Shown here: one piece after another, positions 1 to 9,335 of the stretch
Numbering within the stretch: position 1 is the first letter of the stretch
Layout of the letters: each line of letters starts with the position of its first letter
Origin: Candidatus Scalinduaceae bacterium
GTDB taxonomy: Bacteria > Planctomycetota > Brocadiia > Brocadiales > Scalinduaceae
DNA: 19,572 nt
Direction: 5' to 3'
Assembly: GCA_046759445.1 (NCBI GenBank)
Contig: JBHICG010000065.1
Span: 1-19,572 of the forward strand
Made by a program: the position numbers and the translations under genes
The notes under the pieces: model-generated
The model's database searches: none
The model's input: only the letters and a program-made list of their open reading frames with translations
Told to the model about the DNA's origin: nothing

Positions 1-207
1 ATAATAATAAATGTTGAGACAAATGCCTGTAAATTCTATGAAGATGCTGCTAAGAAGACAAAAGACAAAGATGCAAAAAAGTTGTTTGAAGCTCTTATAA
101 AAATGGAGAGTGCGCATGTCACCCAGTTTAAGGATGAATTCCGGATAATAACAGAACCGTCTCTATGGTGCGCAGAAGAGGATATTCCATGGATGTTGGA
201 GGTTTAG
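1..207 (+). CDS. Ferritin-like/rubrerythrin-family protein, C-terminal part (runs off the window start)
   Basis: Not in the ORF track. Frame 1 reads IIINVETNACKFYEDAAKKTKDKDAKKLFEALIKMESAHVTQFKDEF...MLEV, with TAG at 205-207. The E-x6-Y...E-x2-H pattern is the ferritin-like diiron helix pair. Confidence 0.85.
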   Translation: MIINVETNACKFYEDAAKKTKDKDAKKLFEALIKMESAHVTQFKDEFRIITEPSLWCAEEDIPWMLEV

Positions 208-311
208 AGATTATATTTGATGAACTCATTTCACTGCGTTTACAATTAGAATCTTGTAATAACGGAATAAATGGTTTTCATGTTAAGTGTTATGGGTTGC
301 AGCTTAAAGGC

Positions 312-346
312 GCCCGTGCGTTGCGCGCAGACAGGCAATGCGCAAC
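312..346. repeat. GC-rich intergenic palindrome (possible REP-like element or terminator)
   Basis: GTTGCGC (320-326) / GCGCAAC (340-346) inverted repeat; contains GACAGGC, also found in the hairpin at 11413-11430. Confidence 0.4.
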
Positions 347-413
347 TGTTCAGTGTATGAAATAATTGATTACAATCTTTTAACATCAATAAGTTATAGA
401 ATTTTCAAGACAT

Positions 414-824
414 ATGAGTAAGATTTCTGAAAAAATAAAAGAATTTCTAAGTAAAGTGGATATCACTTATGTAGCTACGTGTAATAAAGGGGGATCTCCT
501 CATATAGCTATTGTGAAGGATATTATAATTATAAATGACGGAGATCATATTGCATTTAAGTCATGGTTTTGTGTCAGGTCTCTTGAAAATTTGGCTTACA
601 ATTCCAACGTTGCCGTTGGGGCTTATAATATGCAAGAAAGATTCGGATATCAGTTTATAGGAAAGGTTGTTTCTAAGGATGTGGAAGCAGTTCTAAATGG
701 ATACGCTCCTGAATTAGAGTCAATGGAAGCAGAAACACCACAACAAGAATATAAGTTAAAAATTAAAGTAGAAAGTATATTGGAACTACATTTTGGTACA
801 CATTCCGATAAAAGCATTGTGTAA
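414..824 (+). CDS. Pyridoxamine 5'-phosphate oxidase family (FMN-binding split barrel) protein
   Basis: 136 aa with YVATCNKGGSPHIA, RSLENLAYNSNVAV and GYQFIG motifs typical of the family. Confidence 0.8.
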   Translation: MSKISEKIKEFLSKVDITYVATCNKGGSPHIAIVKDIIIINDGDHIAFKSWFCVRSLENLAYNSNVAVGAYNMQERFGYQFIGKVVSKDVEAVLNGYAPELESMEAETPQQEYKLKIKVESILELHFGTHSDKSIV

Positions 825-871
825 AATGATATTGATTAAACTTAGGGCTGAAGGGGGGTAAATTTATATTT

Positions 872-1858
872 ATGTGGGAAAAAATTGCAGATATCATAAA
901 TGAAGGTAGAAGGTTTATTATTACGTCCCATCTCTTCTTAGAAGGGGATGCTATCGGTTCAGAAATAGCTCTTAAACATTTTTTAGTTGGGATGGGCAAA
1001 GAGGCTATTATTATAAATAACGAAGAACTTCCCATAGTTTATCGTTGTTTCGATCCTAAAAGCGAAATAAAATTTTATAAGAAAGACTGTCATAATACTA
1101 ACATAAAAGACTTTGATGCAATCTTCATCGTTGATGTTGGCAATTGGGACCAATTAGGTGATTTTGCAGAAAAGATTCAGTCAAGTTCTATTGTTACCGT
1201 ATGTATAGATCACCATCCGACTAATCCTGGTTATGCGGATGTAAATGTTATAGATAAAGAAGCGTCTTCAGCCGGAGAATTAATCTTTGAATTGATTAGT
1301 TATATGCAAGGTGATATTACACAAGAGATTGCAGATGTGCTATATCTCTCTATTGCGTCAGATACTGGGTGGTTTAAGTTTAGTAATACAAGTACAAAGG
1401 CCTTTGATATCTGTTCTGCTCTGGTAAGAAAGGGAGTAAAACCGGAAATAATATACGAAAAAGTATGTCAGAATAAATCCTGGAGTTATTTGAAGTTTAT
1501 AACACTAGCACTTGAAAAATTGCGTTCGGAATGCAATGGTAATTTAGCCTGGACTAAAATGACACGAGAGATGATTGAATCATCTGGTATAGAATATGTT
1601 GAAACAGATGTTCTCATTGATCTTATTCGTGCAGTAGGTAAGGTAGAAGTTGTAATTTTGTTTAGAGAGCTTGGTAAGAAAAAAACAAAGGTAGGCTTTC
1701 GTTCAAAACATATAGTAAATGTAAGCAAATTGGCCGCGCAGTTTGGGGGAGGTGGGCATGTACGCGCTGCAGGGGCATCTTTGAATGAACCAATAGATAG
1801 TGTAGTAAATAAGGTTTTATCAGAAGCAAGGTTGCTGGTGAAAAATTCTCCAATGTAG
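872..1858 (+). CDS. nrnA: DHH/DHHA1 phosphoesterase (bifunctional oligoribonuclease/pAp phosphatase NrnA-like)
   Basis: SHLFLEGDAIGS, VDVG, IDHH, SDTGWF, FRS and GGGGHVRAAG motifs in the canonical order. Confidence 0.9.
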   Translation: MWEKIADIINEGRRFIITSHLFLEGDAIGSEIALKHFLVGMGKEAIIINNEELPIVYRCFDPKSEIKFYKKDCHNTNIKDFDAIFIVDVGNWDQLGDFAEKIQSSSIVTVCIDHHPTNPGYADVNVIDKEASSAGELIFELISYMQGDITQEIADVLYLSIASDTGWFKFSNTSTKAFDICSALVRKGVKPEIIYEKVCQNKSWSYLKFITLALEKLRSECNGNLAWTKMTREMIESSGIEYVETDVLIDLIRAVGKVEVVILFRELGKKKTKVGFRSKHIVNVSKLAAQFGGGGHVRAAGASLNEPIDSVVNKVLSEARLLVKNSPM

Positions 1859-1964
1859 GTTACAACAAAATTATTTAGTCAGGTAGTTGATTAAAAAGAC
1901 AATATTCATTCAAAATCAAGTTTATAGTGTTTTTATATCCTAGAATATTCTTTTGGAGAAAATT

Positions 1965-2126
1965 GTGAAGTGGCGATGTAGTGTATGTGGTTATATGTAT
2001 GATCCAAAAAAAGGGGATGTGATTGGAGGAATTCCCCCTGATACTCCTTTTGAAAACCTGCCAGATGATTGGGTATGTCCATCATGTGGTGCAGATAAAG
2101 ATTCGTTTGAGGTTATTGAAGGATGA
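1965..2126 (+). CDS. Rubredoxin (53 aa)
   Basis: Below the ORF-track cutoff. GTG start after [58 protein letters not shown] has two CxxCG knuckles and the LPDDWVCP signature. Confidence 0.97.
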   Translation: MKWRCSVCGYMYDPKKGDVIGGIPPDTPFENLPDDWVCPSCGADKDSFEVIEG

Positions 2127-2298
2127 AGCAATAGTTACACGAATATTACAAATAGTGGTACAGATATTGACAGAGCATCTATTATATTATTGCGTAATCT
2201 GTCTATATAAAAAACTTTTTCTCCAAAAGAGTTTCAATATATTGCAGGCTTCACGTTGAAATATGGCGTTTTATGCGGTAATGTAGTAAAAAATCAAG

Positions 2299-2628
2299 AT
2301 GATAACCGTACAGACAATAGATAATACCAATTTCAAAGTTACCGTAGAGAAGGGCACGACTACAACCCATACAGTGACGGTTACGCCGTCTCTTTATGAA
2401 AGATTAACTCATAAATGTGTAAAACCCGAGGAGCTTGTAAAACAGTCTTTTGTATTTCTTTTAGAAAGGGAAAGTAACACAAGTATCTTGCGCAGTTTTG
2501 ACCTATCTGTGATCAGTAATTACTTTCCCGAATACGAAAAAACGATCAGGTATATGTTGAATGTGAGAGACAAGGAAAGTGATAGTATGCCGGATAAATT
2601 TGACGAAGCCCCAGATGATTCAGATTGA
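2299..2628 (+). CDS. Conserved hypothetical protein
   Basis: 109-aa ORF; SFVFLLERESNTSILRSFDLSVISNYFPEYE resembles a small uncharacterised family I recognise only by motif. Confidence 0.7.
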   Translation: MITVQTIDNTNFKVTVEKGTTTTHTVTVTPSLYERLTHKCVKPEELVKQSFVFLLERESNTSILRSFDLSVISNYFPEYEKTIRYMLNVRDKESDSMPDKFDEAPDDSD

Positions 2629-2847
2629 CTGGTCTTTGGGGGGGGGGGATCCTAGTTGGAGCAGGCATATCTATTTAAGCAAGTAACTCGGATTTTTAAT
2701 GAACCATCATTTCTAACTTTTCCTGCTATCAATACTTAAATAAACAGAACTTTTGTAACTAAGGTACAATTAACATCCAATACTGGTTCATAACCTTATT
2801 TACTACATTATCTTAGAGTCATTATTGATATCTTGAAGGTGTTATAG

Positions 2848-4419
2848 TTATTTTTTCATAGACATAAGTGATTTTGCCAGAATTACGAGGGTGAAGATAA
2901 ACGAACCTATACCAATCGTCCATAGAAACAATACCAGCTTTCCTGATAAAATACAGATGAACAAGATTATTGAAAACGAATCAGTATTATTAAATTTATC
3001 AATAAAGATGCCTATTTTGCTTCCTTCTTTGATCGAGGCATTTGCAGATTCCCTGTTTTCATATCTTAATTCTTCTTCCTTTTTAAGTGTTTCGTATGAA
3101 CCAGCCATTGTAGACACAAATATTCCAATGGATGATAGAATGCCTAATAACAAAATCAATGATTGATTAGTCTCAATATATAAACTTCCCGTCATCCCTA
3201 AGATTATAAACGTCCTTATTATGGAATCACAAAATGCGTCAAACCAGCCTCCAATTCTTGATTCCATGAACGTAAGTCTGGCTATTTCTCCATCACACTG
3301 ATCAAATATAAATGATAATTGGAAGACCAAACCTCCTGCAAGGGCATTCCAATAGCCACCTTTCCAGAAGAACCATGCAGCAACAAAACCTATTACCATA
3401 CTTACCAAAGTTGTTTGATTAGGCGTAACAGGTGTTTTTACTAATTGTTTGGTTATTATGCGGGACACCTTGCGGTTTATGTATTTATCCACAATGGGGC
3501 CATCTACTGGTGAGTAAAGGGAGTTGTATAACCTTCTTTCATATTCTTGCAACTGTGGTTTTGATACGACTTCCATACATAAATTGTCTTTGGCGTCAAA
3601 TGCCATTATATTTTCATCTTTTATTTGTGATTCCAACCATTTATATGGTGAGAAAGAAGGGTTGGATGACATGTCTGCATTTTCTACACAGACAGTTAGA
3701 TTTTCTGTCAATATTTTTGTGACCCCGGGTGAGGCCAATATTATTCCAGTAGCCTTGCCATCATAGCTTTCCATATCCTGAGAAATACTCACTATATTAT
3801 TGTTAGATAATTTAACATACCATTCGTCATACCTTTTAGACAATTCTTCAATATCAAGAGGAATTCTATCGGATTTTATCACCTCCCCTCCTTTACAAGG
3901 AGGGGATAAAGGGGAGGTAGAACTATAAATTTTCATATTACTTTCTTGTGAAGGAAGGGATAAGGAGTGGTTTTCAACTCGATATTGAGCTGCTTCTTTT
4001 TTTGAGAAAATAATGTTACAATTGTTTATGGAAATGGCCGCAATTGCATCTTTGAGTTTGAGTTGTGAGAATTCTTGAAGTAAGCGATAGTTAAAAACAG
4101 AATTTCCATTAATTATAAAATAATTATCTTCAAAGGTATGAGCCATTTTACTGAAAATATCGTTTTCATCTTTCGTCCGGTATGAAAAATCTATTAAGTC
4201 TATTTTAGACCTTATCCTTTTATCAGAGTTTAGGGTCGTTTCTAATTCATGCCTTTTTTTGCCAGAGTAGAGGATGAAAAATTCATTTATGCCAGCCTTT
4301 TGTCCGGAAAGGATTGCACGCTTAAATAAAGGAATGCGGGCTACTTCCGAAAATGCCCATTCATTATATTTGTAATTTACCATAAGGACGATAGCCTTGG
4401 TTATAAATTTTTTATCCAT
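2848..4419 (-). CDS. CDP-alcohol phosphotransferase with N-terminal degenerate NTP-transferase-like domain (paralog 1)
   Basis: TPNQTT and DQCDGEIAR...GGWFDAFCD form a complete CDP-alcohol signature, with C-terminal TM helices. The N-terminus KAIVL...IPLFKRAILSGQKAGI is NTP-transferase-like but lacks AAGxGxR. Confidence 0.9.
   Translation of the reverse strand: MDKKFITKAIVLMVNYKYNEWAFSEVARIPLFKRAILSGQKAGINEFFILYSGKKRHELETTLNSDKRIRSKIDLIDFSYRTKDENDIFSKMAHTFEDNYFIINGNSVFNYRLLQEFSQLKLKDAIAAISINNCNIIFSKKEAAQYRVENHSLSLPSQESNMKIYSSTSPLSPPCKGGEVIKSDRIPLDIEELSKRYDEWYVKLSNNNIVSISQDMESYDGKATGIILASPGVTKILTENLTVCVENADMSSNPSFSPYKWLESQIKDENIMAFDAKDNLCMEVVSKPQLQEYERRLYNSLYSPVDGPIVDKYINRKVSRIITKQLVKTPVTPNQTTLVSMVIGFVAAWFFWKGGYWNALAGGLVFQLSFIFDQCDGEIARLTFMESRIGGWFDAFCDSIIRTFIILGMTGSLYIETNQSLILLLGILSSIGIFVSTMAGSYETLKKEEELRYENRESANASIKEGSKIGIFIDKFNNTDSFSIILFICILSGKLVLFLWTIGIGSFIFTLVILAKSLMSMKK
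3881..3972. repeat. Two palindromic repeat units embedded in the CDS
   Basis: 3881-3918 ACCTCCCCTCCTTTACAAGGAGGGGATAAAGGGGAGGT (stems CCCCTCCTT/AAGGAGGGG and ACCTCCCCT/AGGGGAGGT); a degenerate unit lies at about 3941-3972. Same architecture as intergenic 14192-14248. Confidence 0.75.
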
Positions 4420-4475
4420 AGCTTTTTATCGTAATTAGTTTATTTATGCTTAAGAGGGAATACAAAGAGTTTCAT

Positions 4476-4504
4476 AAACTAAACAGAACAAGTTACTTTG
4501 TCAA
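4476..4504 (-). promoter_or_regulatory. Candidate sigma70 promoter for 2848-4419
   Basis: Minus strand TTGACA-N17-TAGTTT. Confidence 0.5.
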
Positions 4505-4522
4505 GAAACGATTATAAATTTG

Positions 4523-4552
4523 TTGAAGATAAAACATTTCTTGTGATATTCT
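4523..4552 (+). promoter_or_regulatory. Candidate sigma70 promoter for hpnJ operon
   Basis: TTGAAG-N18-TATTCT with TGn extended -10, ending 9 nt before the hpnJ ATG. Confidence 0.35.
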
Positions 4553-4561
4553 ATTGTTATC

Positions 4562-6019
4562 ATGAAAACATTATTCCTAAATCCTCCATCATTTATGGAT
4601 TTTGATGGTGGGGCAGGTTCCAGGTATCAGGCAACGCGCGAGGTGACCTCATTCTGGTATCCTACATGGTTATGTTATCCAGCAGGGCTTTTAGAGAAAA
4701 GCCGTTTAGTGGATGCTCCGGCAGAGCGTTATGGAATCGATAAAGTCTTATCAATTGCAAAGAATTACGAACTAATTGTAATTTATACAAGCACTCCGTC
4801 CATTAATAACGATATTTATATTGCACAGAGGATAAAGGCCGTTAACGGCGATACTAAGATTGTTTTTGTGGGCCCACATCCAAGTGCAATGCCTGAGGAG
4901 ACCTTAAAGGCATCTAATGCAGTAGATATTGTCGCAAGAAGAGAATTTGATTTTTCTATTAAGGAGATAGCTCAGGGAAAGGAATTAGGGGAGATTGATG
5001 GAATTAGTTATAAAAATAATGGAAATATTTTTCACAATAGAGATAGAAAATTTATAGAAAATCTAGATAGCCTTCCCTTTGTCGTAGATATATATAAAAG
5101 AGACCTGAATATAAATAATTATCAAATTCCTTATTTACTTAGACCTTATGTATCTATTTATACAGGGAGGGGTTGCCCAAGTAAATGTATCTTTTGCCTG
5201 TGGCCTCAGACATTTTCTGGTAATTACTACCGGGTGAGAAGCGTTGACAATGTTATAAAAGAAGTAAAGCGTACCTTAGAGCTTTTTCCAGAGGTAAAGG
5301 AGATATTTTTTGATGACGATACATTTACGGCAAATAAAATAAGGGCAAGAGAATTATCCAGAGGCCTTAAAAAGTTGAATATCACATGGTCTACGACATC
5401 TCGTGCAAATACTGATTACGAAACTCTGAGAATAATGAAAGATTCTGGATTGAGGTTGCTTGTAGTTGGATATGAATCTGGCAATCAGGAGATACTGAAT
5501 AATATTAGAAAAGGGATAACGTTAAACGAGGCAAGGAAATTTACGAGGATATGTAAGGAATTAGGAATAATGATACACGGCGCCTTTGTCCTTGGACTGC
5601 CTGAGGAAACGCCCGAGACTATCAATGACTCCATAAAGTTTGCGTGTGAGCTGGATGTAAATACTATACAGGTATCTCTGGCATCTCCCTATCCAGGGAC
5701 AAAGCTTTATGACCTTTGTGTAGAGAAAAATTATCTGGCAAATGAAAACATGGTAAATGAAAGAGGATGGCAAACATGTACTGTGCAGTACCCGGGAATA
5801 TCTAATGTTGAAATATACAAGTCTGTAGAAAGATTTTATAAAAAATTCTACTATAGACCAAGGTACATCTTTAGAATAATAAGAAAGATTATGTTCAATG
5901 GTGAAGAAAGAAAAAGAATAATGCAGGAAGGTGCAGAATTCAAGGAATTCATAGCAAAAAGAAAGAAGTTTATAAGTGATAGCAACCGTTCCACCTACGA
6001 GGTGGAAAGATTAGGTTAG
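4562..6019 (+). CDS. hpnJ: Hopanoid biosynthesis-associated radical SAM protein HpnJ
   Basis: Diagnostic N-terminus MKTLFLNPPSFxxFDGGAGSRYQAxREVxSFWYPTWL; RGCPSKCIFCLWPQT (CxxxCxxC); FFDDDTFT; LLVVGYESG. Confidence 0.95.
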   Translation: MKTLFLNPPSFMDFDGGAGSRYQATREVTSFWYPTWLCYPAGLLEKSRLVDAPAERYGIDKVLSIAKNYELIVIYTSTPSINNDIYIAQRIKAVNGDTKIVFVGPHPSAMPEETLKASNAVDIVARREFDFSIKEIAQGKELGEIDGISYKNNGNIFHNRDRKFIENLDSLPFVVDIYKRDLNINNYQIPYLLRPYVSIYTGRGCPSKCIFCLWPQTFSGNYYRVRSVDNVIKEVKRTLELFPEVKEIFFDDDTFTANKIRARELSRGLKKLNITWSTTSRANTDYETLRIMKDSGLRLLVVGYESGNQEILNNIRKGITLNEARKFTRICKELGIMIHGAFVLGLPEETPETINDSIKFACELDVNTIQVSLASPYPGTKLYDLCVEKNYLANENMVNERGWQTCTVQYPGISNVEIYKSVERFYKKFYYRPRYIFRIIRKIMFNGEERKRIMQEGAEFKEFIAKRKKFISDSNRSTYEVERLG

Positions 6020-6020
6020 T

Positions 6021-7106
6021 ATGAGTTTACTATTAAAAGGATATGACATGGTAAAGGGAGTTATTCAGGATGGTGGTCCAAGCTTTGCCAATTTTGCAAT
6101 TACTAATGCATGTAATGCAAAGTGTAACTTTTGTACCTTTTCCAGGACTGATACGAAAGACATAAGATATTTGGAAACACCCAAAATATTTCAGGCCATA
6201 GATATTCTTTACGATAAAGGGATAAGGTATTTAGTATTTGTGGGTGGTGAACCGCTTCTACATCCGGGCCTTCCAGAAATGATAGATTACGCAACAGGGA
6301 AGGGTATAGACACTATGATTTCAACGAATGCATACTTGCTCAATGAAAAGACAATCTCAGACCTGAGAACAAGTGGGTTAAAAACTATTTTTATATCCAT
6401 AGATGCAACTTCGATTCATGCACATGAGAATAATCGAGGATTGCCTGGCGTCTGCGAAAAAATAAAGGTGGCTACAAAAAAGATTAATGAACAGGGAATC
6501 AATCTGATTGCATCGGTTACTATTAACAGGTTAATTAGTGACTTTACAAAGTTGCCTTCCTTCTTAAGGGGACTTGGATTCGACAAAATATCATTTTCCA
6601 ATCCTATGATTATGTATTCTGCATCTTATGCCGGGGATTGCAGCTCTGATTTAATAAACTATAGTAATGAAGAATTAATTTGTATTTTCACGGAAATCAA
6701 GAAACTAAAATCACAATTCAGGATCTTGAATCCTACTGCCTCGCTGCAGGATATGATACGACTATTTAAAAATAAAGAGGTAAGATTCAATTGTTTTGGG
6801 GGGTATAAATCGTTTTATGTGGACTGGAATCTCGATGTATTTCCATGTCAGACCTTAGAAGAAAGGATATGTCATATTGGCGAATTTGATAAGGCTGTCC
6901 TGGTAAGAAAAGATTGTAATAAATGTATAAATGAATGTTATAGAGAGCCGAGTCTCATGCAGTTTGTTGCAATATCAATAAGTGACGCTTTTCACTATTT
7001 TAAATGTGGTCAAATGATAAAGGCCGCAAAGACACTCTCTAATACCAAAAATATAATATCCCTGAAGTCTTCATTAGAGGAAATGCTGGCTGGGGGAAGG
7101 GTATGA
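6021..7106 (+). CDS. Radical SAM protein with C-terminal Cys-rich (SPASM/twitch-like) domain, function unknown
   Basis: CNAKCNFC, GGEPLLH, and C-terminal CFGG...FPC...CNKCINECYREPS; starts 1 nt after the hpnJ stop. Confidence 0.9.
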   Translation: MSLLLKGYDMVKGVIQDGGPSFANFAITNACNAKCNFCTFSRTDTKDIRYLETPKIFQAIDILYDKGIRYLVFVGGEPLLHPGLPEMIDYATGKGIDTMISTNAYLLNEKTISDLRTSGLKTIFISIDATSIHAHENNRGLPGVCEKIKVATKKINEQGINLIASVTINRLISDFTKLPSFLRGLGFDKISFSNPMIMYSASYAGDCSSDLINYSNEELICIFTEIKKLKSQFRILNPTASLQDMIRLFKNKEVRFNCFGGYKSFYVDWNLDVFPCQTLEERICHIGEFDKAVLVRKDCNKCINECYREPSLMQFVAISISDAFHYFKCGQMIKAAKTLSNTKNIISLKSSLEEMLAGGRV

Positions 7107-7133
7107 ATTAGTTTCTTATAGTTGACAATTTAT

Positions 7134-7991
7134 ATGAAGGCATTAATTGTAAATGGTGACGACTTTGGGGCTTCGAGGAGCATAAATAGAGCAATCATTA
7201 AGGCGCATAGAGAAGGAATCTTGACTAGTGCAAGCCTGGTGGTAAATGGGGGGGCCTTTGATGATGCCGTGGAGCAGGCGAAGAATAATCCATATCTAAG
7301 CGTGGGAATACATTTAGTTCTTGTCCAGGGAAGGTCTACGGTCTCACCTGCGGAAATTCCGTATTTGGTTAACTCCGAAGGTCACTTTTCTAATCGTCCA
7401 GTTCTGGCAGGGTTAAAGTATTTTTTTATCAAATCTATAAAAGAGCAAATAGAAAAAGAACTGAGAGCACAATTGGAGAAGTATATATCTACAAATTTAA
7501 AAATTTCTCATATTAATAGTCATCTTAACATACACATGCACCCCTCAATATTTGATATTGTTTTGAAGTTGGCAGAAGAATTTGATGTAAAAAACATAAG
7601 GTTACCAAAGGATGATCTCTTTCTAAATCTCAAGTTGGACAGAAGTGCAATAGTTTACAAGCTATTGCATTCCTTAATCTTCGGTATCCTTACTAGAATG
7701 TACAGGAAGAGCTTATTAAAACGCGGTTTTAGATTCACAGACGTGGTGTATGGTCTGTTACAGTCTGGTAACATGTGTGAGATGTATGTGAGTGGTCTAT
7801 TGAATAATTTAAAGGATGGAACTAGTGAGATGTATTTTCATCCGGATTCCTTCCCTAGTGAGAATTGGTATGGAAAGTCAGGCAATTATAGGTATACAGA
7901 AGAGTTTCATGTTTTGTTAAGCCAAAGAATAAAAAGTATTATAAGTAAAAACTCGATAAGATTAGTCGATTATTCGTTTATTAACTTTTAA
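7134..7991 (+). CDS. hpnK: Hopanoid-associated deacetylase HpnK (YdjC/ChbG family)
   Basis: LIVNGDDFG, GILTSASL, VGIHLVLVQG, HINSHLNIHMHP, EMYFHP; adjacent to hpnJ and hpnI. ATG at 7134 preferred over TTG at 7122. Confidence 0.9.
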   Translation: MKALIVNGDDFGASRSINRAIIKAHREGILTSASLVVNGGAFDDAVEQAKNNPYLSVGIHLVLVQGRSTVSPAEIPYLVNSEGHFSNRPVLAGLKYFFIKSIKEQIEKELRAQLEKYISTNLKISHINSHLNIHMHPSIFDIVLKLAEEFDVKNIRLPKDDLFLNLKLDRSAIVYKLLHSLIFGILTRMYRKSLLKRGFRFTDVVYGLLQSGNMCEMYVSGLLNNLKDGTSEMYFHPDSFPSENWYGKSGNYRYTEEFHVLLSQRIKSIISKNSIRLVDYSFINF

Positions 7992-8058
7992 ATAAAACAA
8001 AAGATTTTTCAAAGAGTTCTACTCCAAAGTACCTTTCTAGACGGCAATATTTAAGCTT

Positions 8059-9225
8059 TTAGATCCTTTCTATCTTTCCATTCTTTTTGAGCAAGAATTT
8101 ATCACCCCTCCATGAAATTTTATTTCCCCAAAAGCTTGTACACCATATTATGAAGTTTAAGATGTCAATGAGAGGCAAAAGTAAAAGATGCAGAATTAAT
8201 CTCTGATCTTTTGTGTGTCTGAGACTTATTATGTATGCGGTGATTATTCGAACACTTAAGAATGACATAAAAAGGATAGCTGGCAAAATCAGTGTTGAAC
8301 TTTTTTCAGTGGATGAAAAAACATTGACAAAAAGAAAGACCAGAGAAGGAACAATTCCGTATTTACAGAATGATGCAAAGAAATAACCTGCCGGTCTACA
8401 GGTTCTAATGGTTTTTGCCCATCTGAGTTGATGTTTAAAGAAATTAACAAATTTTCTCTTTTCTGGTATCACATCGACTATATAGTTAGATAAACATATT
8501 TTGTAACCTGCCTCGGATATTTTCTTGCCAAGATGAAAGTCTTCGGCCAAGTAATCGGCAAAATCTTTAAGGCCGCCGATATTATCCAAGATAACTCTTT
8601 TTGTAGCAATAGTTGCACCAAAGGCGTAGCTTAGCTTCTCTAATTTTTGAGCTACCATTACCGATGGGAAAAAATCATGATTTATTGATAAAGATTCCAT
8701 CATAGAAGTGGGATTATTTATGATGTTTTGTCTGTACACACAGGTAACTAATCCTATGTCTTGATTATTCAATGGAGAAATCACTTTTTTCAAATAGTCA
8801 CTATCAACCTTAGTATCACTATCGCTTATTACTATTATGTCATGCTTGGCCTTTTTATACATATTGTTTAGATTACTAATTTTTGGGTTAGTTCCTATGC
8901 TGTCATTGTTGATTACGAGTTCGATATCTTTCTGTGGAAACTCATTTATAATCTTCTTTGCCACGTCAATTGCAGGGTCCTTATAATCACTAGTCCCGAA
9001 GATAATCTGATATGCCGGATAATCCTGTTTACAATAACTAATGAAGTTTTCGTGAATTCCATCCTCAATACCATTTATTGGTTTGAGAATGGAAACAGGT
9101 GGTAAATAGTTGTCATCTATGTCAATATTTTTATTAAAAAAAGATAGTGTACAATAGAGAGAAAATACGTAGTATGAAATTGAGATTATTATGCATGTTA
9201 TTAAGAATATTTCTATGAAGATCAT
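8059..9225 (-). CDS. hpnI: Bacteriohopanetetrol glucosamine biosynthesis glycosyltransferase HpnI (GT2/ceramide glucosyltransferase-like)
   Basis: PPVSILKP, QDYPAYQIIFG, GTNPKISNL, ISDSD, LAEDFHLG, HQLRWAKTIR; N- and C-terminal TM helices. Confidence 0.9.
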   Translation of the reverse strand: MIFIEIFLITCIIISISYYVFSLYCTLSFFNKNIDIDDNYLPPVSILKPINGIEDGIHENFISYCKQDYPAYQIIFGTSDYKDPAIDVAKKIINEFPQKDIELVINNDSIGTNPKISNLNNMYKKAKHDIIVISDSDTKVDSDYLKKVISPLNNQDIGLVTCVYRQNIINNPTSMMESLSINHDFFPSVMVAQKLEKLSYAFGATIATKRVILDNIGGLKDFADYLAEDFHLGKKISEAGYKICLSNYIVDVIPEKRKFVNFFKHQLRWAKTIRTCRPAGYFFASFCKYGIVPSLVFLFVNVFSSTEKSSTLILPAILFMSFLSVRIITAYIISLRHTKDQRLILHLLLLPLIDILNFIIWCTSFWGNKISWRGDKFLLKKNGKIERI

Positions 9226-9335
9226 TGACGTGTATTTATCTATAAATGTTTAGCCTATTGCATATTACTTAGAGTAGAGAGGATAGAGCAGTTAGTTGTG
9301 GGCATGAGGATACAATTCATACTTTATTTCTATAA

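Noticed and set aside
165..365. Track ORF, 66 aa
   Set aside because: Overlaps the ferritin-like gene end in another frame and crosses a palindrome; no motif.
367..380. FNR/CRP-like TTGAT-TACA-ATCTT upstream of 414
   Set aside because: Only 8/10 match in very AT-rich DNA; chance cannot be excluded.
929..964. NrnA motif I reads HLFLEGD instead of HxxPDGD
   Set aside because: Conservative change with all other motifs intact; no basis for claiming altered function.
2023..2259. Track ORF, 78 aa
   Set aside because: Out-of-frame shadow of the rubredoxin gene.
2638..2648. G11 homopolymer as a phase-variation tract
   Set aside because: Lies after a stop codon between convergent genes, so length change would affect neither frame nor an obvious promoter.
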